A DNA stretch of 64,000 nt from Octopus sinensis (GCF_006345805.1 NC_043022.1:21638001-21702000); one strand, 5' to 3'; numbered from the stretch's first letter, positions 39,846 to 52,902 are shown. Notes: generated from the letters alone by a model not told the origin. Numbers and translations: made by a program.

Positions 39846-40862
39846 CAATGTAGATGAAGAGCAATAGCTTACCTCATTTGTCATGATGACAATAACAAGT
39901 GTGGATGGTGTTGTACATTTGGATGGAAGTAGTATCAAGTGAATTTTTCGACAGGCAGAATATTAATTAGGTGCTGCTTGTTGTAGTAGTTATTTAACTC
40001 TAAGGCAATCTTGATTGAGCAAGCCTATGATCCAAGTTGTCTGTTACAAGGGGTGCTGAAAAGTTCCTGGCTTTAAGGGTACCACAAATGGCCTGGTTGG
40101 AGGCCCAACCTTCCTAGTTCTACCAAATCCACTCTCAAGGCTTTGGTCGGTCTGAAGGTATAGTAGAAGACACTTGCCCAAGAAGCCATGCAGTGGGAAA
40201 GAACACAGAACCATGTAGTTGGGAAGCAAGCTTCCTACCACATAAATTTGTTTCTACATATACAACAGAAAACCAACATAAATCACAATAGGAATTTTTC
40301 ACATGCACACTTTTGAATAAGGCGGCACTCCAACATGGCCTTGGCAACATGGTTAAAACTAAAAAAAAAAGCATGTAAAAAAATTTTTTTTGTGTAGCTG
40401 GTATGGCTCAGTAGTCAGAGTGTCAGGCTGACAATCATGAGCTAGAGATTTCAATTGCCAGACCAGGTGTGTGTTGTGGTCTTGAGCAAGATACTTTATT
40501 TCACATTGCTCCAGGTCACTCAGCTATAAAAATGAATTGTGACATCACTGGTGCCAAGCCGTATTGGCCTTTGCCTTTCCCTTGGATAACATTGGTGGCA
40601 TGGAGACGAGAGGCTGGTAAGCATGGGCAACTGCTGGTCTTTCATAAACAACTTTGCCCGGATTTATGTCTTGGAGGGGAACTTTCTACATGCAATCCCA
40701 TGGTCATTCATAACCAAAGTGTCTTTATCCTTTTTTTAGCCAACCCCAAATCAGTCCCAATCAAAAGTATTCTCACCATGGCCATACTGTGTTTTATTTC
40801 AGCTGTATAAATAAAATGACATTATCTAATGAGATCTGATTTTCTGAAGATTCTAGAATATA

Positions 40863-41097
40863 TATTTCTTTACTACCCACAAGAGGCTAAACACAGAGGG
40901 GGACAAACAAGGACAGTCAAACGGATTAAGTCGATTACATCGACCCCAGTGCGTAACTGGTACTTAATTTAATCGACCCCGAAAGGATGAAAGGCTAAGT
41001 CGACGTCGGCGGAATTTGAACCCAGAACGTAACGGCAGACGAAATACGGCTACGCATTTCGCCCGGCGTGCTAACATTTCTGCCAGCTCGCCGCCCT
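40863..41097 (-). mobile_element. SINE family C with 16-bp TSD
   Basis: TSD aagattctagaatata at 40847-40862 and 41098-41113. Confidence 0.92.
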
Positions 41098-41489
41098 AAG
41101 ATTCTAGAATATAATTTAAAAGAGATGTAGCTACTTGTTATTATTTCTAGCATATCATGCAACCATTAGAAACCTCCATACTGGCCTCAAATTTTGTAGC
41201 ATGTTGCAGTTGAGAAGAGAAGAGATTAAGTGATTTCCAGAATAAAGCACCTGCAGTAGAAACTGAACTGAAAACTCACTGTGATGGTGAACATCCAAGA
41301 TAGGAAATGAGAACAAACAGGCTCTCTTCTACAGTTAATGTTGATTACGAGTAAAATTGAATATTTAATTCTAAAAAAAGTACAGCGCGTCAGGCTGAAA
41401 ACAAATTAGCCAGTTTTATCCTACAGTTTTCTGTTCAGTAAATCAAGATCCAAGATAATTACCACATTTCTAAACAACGATGATGGTGG

Positions 41490-41750
41490 CGGTGGTGGTG
41501 ATCGTAATAGCAGTGATGATGGTGGTGGCGGTGGTGGTGATAGTGTGGGAGAGGAAGAGGGGAAGATGAGGAAGAAGAAAAAGAGGAAGAGGAGAAAAGG
41601 AGGAGGAAGTGAAAGTGGAGGCAGAAGAGAAAGTGGGGGAGGAAGAGGAGGAAGAAGAAAAGAAGAAGGGAGGGGGAAATAGGAAGGGAGGAGGAGGAAG
41701 TGGAGGAGGAAGAGGAAGAAAATAGCAAGGGAGGAGGAGGAATTGAAGAA
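41490..41750. repeat. Purine-rich (GGT/GAG/GAA)n low-complexity tract
   Basis: Direct reading. Confidence 0.9.
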
Positions 41751-42582
41751 AATTTAGGAATAACCAATTACTTGAAGCAATCTTTGGTAAATATGTCGTT
41801 AAAAGAAATAATGAGTTTGTTATTTTTTTATTTTTCTGACTTTATTTTTAGTTATTTTAGTTAATAATCACTGATTAACAACAAGCTAATTAAAGGTGAT
41901 TCTTTATAATTAAAACAAAATATTAAAACTTTTTTTAAAAATTCATGATGGTGGTAAAATAAAATATATAATTTTTTTTTTTTCATGAATATCAGAGCTT
42001 CATTAATAAAGAAAATCTTATCTTGATCATTATCCTTTTATTTTCATGTGACTATGGGCTATAAATGAATGTGTGAAAACTTTCAACTCAAAGCTATCCA
42101 ACATCAATCTATCATTGAGACCTAACTTTCTAAAGATTTTATCCAACTGCATCCCATGCCACCAGCAACACATCACATCATCAGTTTCCACTTTGAAAAT
42201 GAATTCAAAATGTAAATAGTTACTATCAAGAGAAATGGTTCTGCTATGGTAATGGTTCTGCGCTGGCGTGCCATGGAGTCTTAAAGATGTAATTTAGGAT
42301 TTTAGAAAATTCATGTTAATGCTTAAACAAGTTGAGCATTATCTTCTTGTACACTATTTATACAGAATTCTATAATTATCTTTTATCTTTTACTTGATCC
42401 AGTCATTAGACTGCAGCCATGAAGAATTTTTAGTCAAATGTACCAACCCCAGTATTTATTTTTTTTATAAGCCTGGTACTTATTCTATCAATTTCTTTTG
42501 CCGAACCACTAAGTTACAGGAATGTAAACACACCAACACTGGTTGTCAGTGGGGTGGGACAAATACTGACACAAAGACACAC

Positions 42583-42621
<39 letters not shown>

Positions 42622-42622
<1 letters not shown>

Positions 42623-42915
42623 AATTGCAGCATGGAAGGTGTTTATTTGCCATTTAAGAAACACACAAAAACCGTTAGATTCACTTCAACATTTAAATTT
42701 AATTTGCTCAAATATTTTCGTCACTTTGAGACCGCAACCTGTTCACTGTCAAAATTCCGGAATTTTGTCAGTGAACAGGTCGTGGTCTCAATGTTGAAGT
42801 GGATCTAACGACTTTTGTGTTTCTTAAATGGCTTATAAACACCTTCCATGCTGCAATTGTTTTCATTCCAGCACACAATCTCAGATCAGGTCACTTGCTA
42901 TGCTAGTACATCTCC
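42622..42915. mobile_element. Second copy of the fold-back HHR element (opposite orientation), nested in the (TA)n of a decayed SINE A
   Basis: Same arms and asymmetric ~55-bp end as 3139-3408; palindrome centre aaaattccggaatttt at 42751-42766. Confidence 0.8.
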
Positions 42916-42925
42916 ATAATATATA

Positions 42926-42980
<55 letters not shown>

Positions 42981-43925
42981 ATATACATACAACAAGCTTC
43001 TTTCAGTTTCTGTCTACCCAATCCACTCACAAGGTTTTAGTCAACCCAGGGCAACAGTAGAAGACACTTATCCAAGATGCCATGCAACGGGACAGAACCC
43101 CAAACCATGTGGTTGGGAAGCAAGCTTCTTACCACACAGCCACACCTGTGCATATTACATTTTTTAACTTTAAAACAGTTTTGCTTAACTTTTTAAGCAA
43201 AATGTGCAAGAAATTCTTTTATCTAATCTCAAGTTTGAGAACCACTAGTTTAGAAATACTACTTTTTGGGGATTCCCTTCCATTAAAATTATTACACCTG
43301 CATCCACACTTTCTTTAGTCACATAACCTCCACATAATTCTTCTTCATTTCAATTGTGTGCTCTGCTGTGCTGTATCTCATGCCATCTTTGGACAGGTCC
43401 TGTAGCACTGATGTCTTTTCTACTATGACAGATTGTAAGTACCTGACCCATCTCTTCATTTCTTGAGATAGGGAAACTAAGATTGATCTCCACACTGCAT
43501 AAAGTATCCCATTCAGGAAGAGACAGAGTATGAGAGACAGAATCAACACCCACCCTTAACTGATACTTTATTTATTGATCCTATCAGAATGAATGGCAAA
43601 ACTGACCTTGGCATGACTCCATACAATACAATCCTGGATTAAACCTCCGATATGAATATATAACTTATATATCTACATATCTACATATACCAATCATAAG
43701 TACGTGGAAGATTGTACCTCCAAGCAGGCCTTTCACAATACCCTTAAAGCCAGGAACTTTTCAACGCCTCCTCATGTGTATTTTCTTGTGTGTGTGTGTG
43801 TATGTGTGCACCAATGTACACATGTGCGTACATAGGTATGTATGTCTGTATGTATGCATTTGCTTATTTCTCCTTACGAAAGATTATCCTTCTTAACAAT
43901 GTGCTTATGAAAGTGTCTTCTCTAT

Positions 43926-43994
<69 letters not shown>

Positions 43995-44450
43995 TTTCTA
44001 TATGTTTATTATTTAACCATATACTTATTTTTACATTTTTAACTTTTTATTTGTTCATTTATTCATTAGTTAAATTCTATTTCTACTTCATTTAATCAAT
44101 TATAAACTATTGACACATTATCCCACACACCTTGGGAGTATACAGCATTTATTAGCTTTTAATCCCCAAATCAGCCTACACAGTTGAAGTTAGGCATTAA
44201 TCTGGTCAAATTATTAGCCTACATTTAGTATAAATATAGTCACATTATCCTCTACTAGTAATATTGTTATTATTATTATGGTTTTAATATTTTATTATTA
44301 ATATTATTTATATCATTATTAGGTCAGCAAGCTGGCAGAATCATTAGCACACCTGTAAAAATGCTTAATGGCATTTTTTTTCTAGCTTCACATTCTGATT
44401 TCAAATCCTGCTGAGATCAACTTTGATTTTTATCCTTGATAATAAGTACC

Positions 44451-44678
44451 TATTTCTTTACTACCCACTAGGGGCTAAACATAGAGGGGACAAACAAGGA
44501 CAGACAATCGGATTAAGTCGATAACATCGACCCCAGTGCGTAACTGGTACTTAATTTATCGACCCCGAAAGGATGAAAGGCAAAGTCGACCTCGGCGGAA
44601 TTTGAACTCAGAACGAAACGCAGACGAAATATAGCTACGCATTTCGCCCGGCGTGCTAACAATTCTGCCAGCTCGCCG
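44451..44678 (-). mobile_element. SINE family C with 17-bp TSD
   Basis: TSD ccttgataataagtacc at 44434-44450 and 44679-44695. Confidence 0.92.
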
Positions 44679-44894
44679 CCTTGATAATAAGTACCAGTTA
44701 TGCCCTGGAGTCAATGTAATCAACTAGCCCCTTTCCTCAAAATTTCAGGCTTTGTGCCCTTAATAGAAAAAAATTATAAATATTATTATTTGTCTTACTG
44801 TTGCTATTTTGTCTTATTTTGTCTTATTATTGCATGTGTTGATACCCCAGCTATTATTCATGATAATAATACCATGTTCATCATCCTCATAATA

Positions 44895-45080
44895 TTATTG
44901 ATATGGTGGACCCATTTGAAAGGGCTATGGTCAGACACTTTCCTCTTTGGCCAAGGCCTCATCAACTTTTTCAAGTTTCACTTGAAAAGGAAGATGAGAG
45001 TAGAGAGGGAAGTGCTGTCTGGTAGCAAGTTTATTGAAAGGTGGGTGAATGTAATGCAAGCAGTGTCCTTCATTTCAAAT
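44895..45080 (+). mobile_element. L1/Tx1-like LINE ORF2 C-terminal fragment
   Basis: WWTHLKGLWSDTFLFGQGLINFFKFHLKRKMRVEREVLSGSKFIERWVNV; homologous to the minus-strand relic near 62000. Confidence 0.6.
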
Positions 45081-46809
45081 ATTCTACGAAAACATGTCTG
45101 GTCACAGGGAAATATTACTTTACCTGGAAACAAATGAGGTACATGGCAATGATAAATCTGCCTCAGCAAGTTCTGTCTAAGCCATGCAAGCATGGAAAAG
45201 TGAACAAGCAGGAGGAGGAGGAGGAGGAGATGATGATAAAGTAATCAAGTTTGCTACAGATGTAAAATGCAGAAACAAGAGTAGAAGAGGTGAAAAATGG
45301 ATTAAAATTATAGATTTCTAAATGCTGCAAATGAGGAATAGAGAAATTCATTTAAAAAAAAAAAAAGAATTATTTCAATGAATTCCATAGAGAAATTTCA
45401 CTAAATTCCACTCAAACCTTGATTAGTTGGATATTTTTCACATTCAATTATACCAAAAAAAATATTAATAATTGAAGAGTATTTTATTTCTTTATTTCTT
45501 ATAATTTTTGTGTTTTTTTTTTCCATTCAGGGAGTGCTGTAATATAATGGTCTGCTTAGTACAGTTTGATAAATTTGCGATAAAGCTTTAATTGTCGCAG
45601 GGGGTGCGGTGGATGCTATGGAAGGGAAAGAAGAGAAAATTTACTGCTACTTCATATCTCAATATATGCTTCTTTGCTCCCCCATCAACCTGTGTAAATC
45701 TTCAGACCCCACCTCTGCAAATCACTCCAATACCCATGTCTTCCCACTGTGCAACATCGTATTTGTTTCATACAGTCATCCTTTTGGATGTACAGATAGC
45801 TCCATCTCTTCTTTACTCAAGCAACCATACTTTTGCATGCAGCTACTCACCACCTCCAACAATCATAATCATCATCATCATCATCGTTTAGCGTCCGCTT
45901 TCCATGCTGGCATGGGTTGGACAGTTCAACTGGGGTCTGGGAAGCCAGAAGGCTGCACCAGGCCCAGTCTGATCTGGCAATGTTTCAACGGCTGGATGCC
46001 CTTCCTAACGCCAACCACTCCATGAGTGTAGTGGGTGCTTTTTACGTGCCACCAGCACAGGCGCCAGACGAGCCTGGCAAACGGCCACGATCAGATGGTG
46101 CTTTTTACGTGCCACCAGCACAGAAAATGATCATAACAATCAGGTGATGGATACTAACAAATGAAAAAGAGCTTCTATGTGATCAATCAGCTTGTTAGAA
46201 ATATCAGCCAAATCTCCCTCAAATCACACACTATCATCTTAAACATTGCACATTGGAAAATGTAGTCTAAGATACACTATTTGAATAAAAGACATGGTGC
46301 CACTCATCACAGCAACAACATACCACTGACTCTCTTAAGAACAGTTTTGTATGGTAGTTGTATATCTCATGAGATTGAAACTAGATACACATAAAATACT
46401 TTGTGATATGAAACTATATAAAGTGTATAGTGTTTCACAATATGAAATTATATAGACAGACATTGTGAAATATTTCATATAAAACTAGAGTAAAGTAGTA
46501 AAGTTCCTTCCCGAGTCATACAGACTCATAGGTTTCCTGGTTTCCATGGCGTATATATTCCCCACCTGGATCAGATGCCAGTCCATCGCAGGATTACTCA
46601 TTTTTGCCAGCTGAGTGAACTAGAGCAACATGAAATGAAGTGTGTTGCTCAAGAATACTAGGTGTTACCCAGTTCAGGAATTGAAACAACAATCTTACAA
46701 TCATGAGTCCTACACCCAAGACCACTAACCCATGTACTTCCACATAAAACTATATACACATTGTAAAAACATCTCTTAATATGAAACTATAAATATATGT
46801 GTGTGTGTA

Positions 46810-46960
46810 TCTCTCCTTTTTTTTTCTCTCCTTGTTTTTCTGTGTCCCTTTCTGTAGAAGAGCGTAGGCTCGAAACATAAAAGACTTTTTTCTATTCCTG
46901 AGCGTTATACTAATACATCTGTTTGTTTTGTACATCACCTGTCTTCATCTTTGTTTTTTT
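46810..46960 (+). mobile_element. Penelope-like pseudo-LTR fragment with HHR motif (46848-46883)
   Basis: cttt-CTGTAGA-A-GAGC(GTAG)GCTC-GAA-ACAT-A-aaag; related copies at 51108-51305 and 54350-54565. Confidence 0.65.
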
Positions 46961-47078
46961 AGAATCCCAAATCTACCAATGAAATCACAGAAATATGACC
47001 GAGACAACAGTAGGTGAGCAAATGGTTAAGGTATTAAACAATTAAAAACATACCATTAAAGACTGTCATTCGGATATT

Positions 47079-47130
47079 CATGTACCACAATTTCGGGTTC
47101 TGGCCCCCAGGCCTCAACCTTCATCAGCAT
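47079..47130 (-). ncRNA. Putative hammerhead ribozyme with extended stem II
   Basis: atg-CTGATGA-A-GGTT-GA-GGCC(TGGG)GGCC-AG-AACC-C-GAA-ATTGTGGT-A-catg. Confidence 0.6.
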
Positions 47131-47200
47131 ATATTTTTAAACAGGTTGATGCCTTGTGTGTCCTTAAGCTTTAATGTTTATGTATAGCTACATAATGCTA

Positions 47201-47428
47201 TTAACCCTTTCATTACCAACCCGGCTGAAACCGGCTCTGTCTCTGAGTACAAATGTCTTGTTTTCATAAGTTTTGAATTAAAATCTTCCACCAAACCTTT
47301 GTTACAATTTATGTCCCTAACACTAGCTGAATGATAAGTAATTCATTTTACTAAATTCTTTGTTATATTTAAAGTAATTGAAAGAAACACAGAGCATCTC
47401 AAAATAAATACAGTAACGAAAGGGTTAA
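47201..47428 (-). mobile_element. piggyBac-like MITE family D
   Basis: TTAA-flanked; empty site visible in the paralogous sequence at 47901-47904. Confidence 0.95.
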
Positions 47429-47642
47429 AAAACCATGTACCACCTATATTATCATTGTTATTATCAATTACTTATATTCACCACAGATACTATTAACAAT
47501 GATAATATCTTTCTTCGAGTGTTTACATTCGGATTTTACTCGTAAATATACTTACACCAGAACAAGCTGATTTTGGCGCAAAACAAGTCAGAACACTGAT
47601 GGATGTTTAACATAACAGATTTAGAATTTTTCATCGGTGATT

Positions 47643-47695
47643 CATGCTGACGAAAGTTGAGGCCCAAGGGCCAGAACCCAAAACCATGGTACATG
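47643..47695 (+). ncRNA. Inverted paralog of the extended-stem-II hammerhead (G12 mutated)
   Basis: catg-CTGACGA-A-AGTT-GA-GGCC(CAAG)GGCC-AG-AACC-C-AAA-ACCATGGT-A-catg. Confidence 0.55.
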
Positions 47696-48014
47696 AATAT
47701 CCGAATGACATAATCCTTAATGGTATATTTTTAATTGTTTAATTCTTTAACCATTTGCTCACTAACTGTTGTCGCTCATATTTCGGTGATTTCAGTTGTA
47801 GATTTGGGATTCTGACTCCTATTTCTAAACAGGTTGATGCCTTGTGCATCCTTAAGCTTAGTGCTAATTTTTAATTTTAATATATAGCTATATAATGCTA
47901 TTAAAAAACTGATGAACCACCTATATTACCATTGTTATTATCAATTACTTACATTCATCACAGATACTATTAACAATGATAACATTTTTTTCGAGTGTTT
48001 AGATTCAAATTTTA

Positions 48015-48080
<66 letters not shown>

Positions 48081-48632
48081 TATATATATATATATATTAT
48101 ATATTATATATATATTTATATATTTATATATATTATATATATTTATATATATATATTTATATACATACACACACACACACATATTGTAAAACTATTTCTT
48201 GATATGAAACTATAAACATTGTAAGGTATCTGTAGATATAAAGCTATGTGAAGAGTGTAAAATATTCTATTGTATGAAACGATATAGATATTGTAAAATA
48301 TCTCTTGATATTAAACTATAGAAAGTGCAAAATATTTCATATTAACTATAAAAATAGTAAAAGTATCTAATATGAATATATAAATATTATAAGATATTTT
48401 CTAAGTTTAAAAAAATATACATTATAAAATTCATAGCAGAGATTTCCGGTCTCAATGAGTAGAAGACTTCAACTTCTCATTCAACACAGTGCAGTCAATT
48501 TTTCAACAGCTTCGTGTCAATTATCCTTCATACATGAAAGGCTCCTGAAAGAAGCTTCCATCTGCTAAAAACAGTGGTAAAATCTCTTTATAATAATATA
48601 ACCCTTTTGCCACAATATTTCTGTCAACATAT

Positions 48633-48854
48633 ACTCTTTACTCTTTTACTTGTTTCAGTCATTTGACTGCGGCCATGCTGGAGCACCGCCTTTAATCGAG
48701 CAACTCGACCCCGGGACTTATTCTTTTATAAGCCCAGTACTTATTCTATCAGTCTCTTTTGCCGAACCGCTAAGTTACGGGGACATAAACACACCAGCAT
48801 CGGTTGTCAAGCAATGCTAGGGGGACAAACACAGACACACAAACACACACACGC

Positions 48855-48914
<60 letters not shown>

Positions 48915-49035
48915 CATATATACAACGGGCTTCTTTCAGTTTCCGTCTACCAAATCCACTCACAAGGCAGTGGGACTGAACCCGGAATCATATGGTTGGT
49001 AAACAAGCTACTTACCACACAGCCACTCCTGCGCC
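48633..49035 (-). mobile_element. SINE family A with an internal deletion
   Basis: Family match; cacaaggc is joined directly to agtgggactg. Confidence 0.88.
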
Positions 49036-51175
49036 TATGTTGCCTTTGTTGTAATTAATTTTTTAAATAATAAAGAATTTTAAAAAATAACTATCATGTT
49101 ATTAAACTGGGGTCTGGAACGAATTAGTATAAAATTTTGATGAAAAATTATAATTTAAAACACTTTAAAACAGTAACTTTATGTTATAGAACCTGGGAGC
49201 TGTCTCAAGTGGGTAGGTATCAAAAGGATTAAAACTGGAATGGATATATTGGTTAATCTTTTCTACTCTAGGCACAAAGCCTGAAATTTTGGGGGAGAGG
49301 GCCAGTCAATTAGATCGACCCCAATAGGCAACTGGTAATTAATTTATCGACCTCGAAAGGATAAAAGGTAAAGTTGACCTTGGTGGAATTTGAACTCAGA
49401 ATGTAAAGACATGAAATATTGCTAAACATTTCTCTCTCCAGTTCGCCACCTTGACATATTGGTCAATAGACATACAGTCTGGTAGTTCTGACTAAGCTAT
49501 AAAAAAGATAACACAAATGGGTGAGGGAAGTAAAATAAGAGCAAGCTACTAAAAGGATTAAGTGTCTACAGGTCGACGTGGAGAGTAACACACTTCTAAA
49601 AGCTGCTCGCCTTGACTGGCTTCCGTGCCGGTGGCACATAAAAAGCACCAATCCGATCGTGGCCATTGCCAGCCTTGCCTGGCACGTAAAAAGCACCCAC
49701 TACACTCACGGAGTGGTTGGCATTAGGAAGGGCATCCAGCTGTAGAAACACTGCCAGATCAGACTGGAGCCTGGTGCAGCCTTCTGGCTTCCCAGATCCC
49801 AGGGCAAACCGTCCAACCCATGCTAGCATGGAGAACGGACGTTAAACGATGATGATGATGATGAGTTCAAGATAACCCTTTAACATTTAAACCAGTCATA
49901 TCCAGCCTAAAATGTTCTACTTCTTTTGTACTCAAACTGACTAGATCAGGCCTCTCACACCTACCCAACAATGTCGTTCAAATCATAAACAATTACATCA
50001 TCGATATCTTAAAGCTATGAGATAATGCATGACTAATTCAAAACAATGTGAATGAATAAACATTACAATTGACAGAGTAATCTGATTGCTAAAGGGTTAA
50101 GTAGATAAGAAACTCCACTAGTAACACAGCCACTACTCAAGATCAGAAGATAGTCTCCTGCAGATGAGTTTACAAAAAGTGCTTGTAGCACCGACACCTC
50201 TTCTTAGCTTAGGTAAATTGAATGTTATCACTTGACCTGTTGAGAACAAAATAATGTCAACTTGACACTGCAACTAGAAGAAGACTACATCTAGTGATGC
50301 AAGTGAAAATAATTTTCCTACAAAGAGAAAAATAATATAAGTTCATTCATTCATTCATTCATTCATTCTACATGTTTATATTTTTGTATTTTTAATGCTT
50401 CCATGAGTTACACAAATGTGTTATTGGCACACTACTTTACAGCTAGACACCTTTCTACTGCAAACCCTTACTTGAGTGCAAAATTGCTGTGAAAATTGCT
50501 GCACTGTTTTGTTGACAAAAGAAGTGACATTACCCTTGCATTGCAACATTTTTTCAAACACACACACACATGCGTGTAAACACACACACACATGCACACA
50601 ACCAAACAACAGTCTTCTTCCCATTTCCGCCTATCAAGTCAAAACAAGGCTTTTGGTTAGCCTAGAGCTATATGGTAAAAGGAACTTGTCCAAAGTACAG
50701 CATATTATGTATCAGAGAAAAGATATTAAGGATAAGAGAAAAACCATATTAAGTATGATAACTTATAAAATATAAATATCAAAATAAAAAATAATTATAA
50801 AAGATAAAAAATATAAGACGTAAAACATAAATTGAAGATGAACACGATGTAGAAATGCACATGTTTTTAAATTTTCCTTTAATTTCTGAATTACTACTAT
50901 TTAGCGGTTTGAGTCTTGGCTGCTCTTTCTAGTGGGTCGAATGGCCTATCGGGGCCGTTCCTCAATGTTGTTGAAATTATATACATAGTCTGTGACTATT
51001 TTCTCTTTCTCACTAGACCGCTGGTGGCAAAAAATTTCTATTGAATTTTTTACTACCCTTATATTGATTAATAAATATAAATATGTATATATACATATAT
51101 ATAGATATGGTCAGACGCCATGATAGATCATTAGCGACTATACGCATTTTTTTTCTCTCCTTGTTTTCTGTGTCC

Positions 51176-51211
51176 CTTTCTGTAGAAGAGCGTAGGCTCG
51201 AAACGTAAAAG
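51176..51211 (+). ncRNA. Hammerhead-like motif, A6->U variant
   Basis: cttt-CTGTAGA-A-GAGC(GTAG)GCTC-GAA-ACGT-A-aaag. Confidence 0.55.
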
Positions 51212-51454
51212 ACTTTTTCTATTCGTGAGCGTTATACTAATACATCTGTTTGTTTTGTACACCACCTGTCTTCATCTTTTGTTGTTTTTTTCGTAAACTC
51301 TCCCTATATATATATACTAGCTGGTAATTCCCAGAGTTAAAGATGTTCTATTGAAAGGCCTTATTAGTCTGATATAAGAAAGCAATTTCGTTATAACTGC
51401 CACAAAAGGTGTATTTTTCATCGCGAAAAAGTACAAAAACTGTCAGCTGGAAGA

Positions 51455-51915
51455 GGTAGAGATTGTTGGAGGTTGGCGAGAGAGGTTTTTGGGGGTTGGT
51501 GAAAAAGATTGTCGATGGTTGGTAAGAGAGGTTGTCGGAGTTTGGCGAGAGAGGTTTTTGGAGGTTGGTGAAAAAGATTGTCGAAGGTTGGTAAGAGAGG
51601 TTGTCGGAGTTTGGCGAGAGAGGTTGTTGGAGGTTGGCTAGAGAGGTTTTTGGAGGTTGGTGATAAAGATTGTCGACGGTTGGTAAGAGAGATTGTCGGA
51701 GTTTGGCGAGAGAGGTTGTTGGGGGTAGGCTAGAGAGGTTTTTGGAGGTTGGTGAAAAAGATTGTCGAAGGTTGGTAAGAGAGGTTGTCAGAGTTTGGCG
51801 AGAGAGGTTGTTGGATGTTGGCTAGAGAGGTTGTCGGAAGGTGTCTAGAGAGGTTGTTGGGGGTTGTCGAGAAAAGTTTCGGGAGGTTGGCGAGTTAGTT
51901 ATTTGGAGATGTTGA
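51455..51915. repeat. 23-bp G/T-rich minisatellite with higher-order structure
   Basis: The variant aaaaagattgtcga recurs at 51502, 51571, 51663 and 51755 (69, 92, 92 bp = 3, 4, 4 x 23). Confidence 0.92.
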
Positions 51916-52673
51916 AAAAATGTATATTAATGCAATATGTAAATTAATTCCAGCAATATGTATATAACTGTTTAGATATTAAATCAGAACAGACGTTTAT
52001 CAAAATGTTGTATGAACTGTAAATAAGCAATAAATATTATTATTTGTAAAATAAGTATAAGTGACACAGGGTGTCGCGAGTCAGTGTGGTGTGGAAGTTT
52101 GGTTTCATTTTTTAAGAATTTTAAGCATTCAAAGTATAAGTTAATTGTACTGCGAAAAAATTATGAAATACATTGTGGAATGAACATACATATACACATA
52201 CATATAGCAATACACACACCCAGATGTACAGATATAGCCCAAACACACATTTACACACATTTATATATGCACACACATGTATGATGAATACATAAGTCAT
52301 CATCAGCATCATTGTTTAACATCCATCTTCCATGCTGGCATGGGTTGGACAGTTTGACAGGAGCTGGTCAAGTAGAAGACTACCCCACACTACTGTGTCT
52401 GTTTTGACATTGTTTTTACGGCTCAATGCCCTTCCTAACACCAATCACACCACAAATCAGTAGGATAAGATATAAAATATAATAGATAAACAACAACAGT
52501 AAGATAAAATGTAGAATAAACAAAGTAAATATAAAATCCAGATGCAAGAGATATAGTAATGACAAAAAAAAAAGAAGAGTAACAATAGTAGTGAACTTAC
52601 ACCGTATATCATGTAATCACATCAATAATAAGAATGACAATATAAAGGTTTCAAAAAATTAAGGAATTATTAA

Positions 52674-52902
52674 TTAACCCTTTCGTTACTGTATTTATTT
52701 TAAGATGCTCTGTGTTTCTTTCAATTAATTTTAAATATAACAAAGACTTTAGTAAAATAACTTAGTTATCATTAAGCTAGTGTTATGAACATAAATTGCG
52801 ACTAAGGTTTGGTGGAAGATTTTAATTCAAAACTTATGAAAACAAGACATTTGTACTCAGAGCCAGAGTCAGTTTCAGCCAGGTTGGTAACGAAAGGGTT
52901 AA
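52674..52902 (+). mobile_element. piggyBac-like MITE family D
   Basis: TTAA-CCCTTTCGTTAC ... GTAACGAAAGGG-TTAA. Confidence 0.92.

Noticed and set aside
50825-50870. TTGAAGA...GAAATGCA hammerhead-like spacing
   Set aside because: Stems II and III cannot be formed convincingly.
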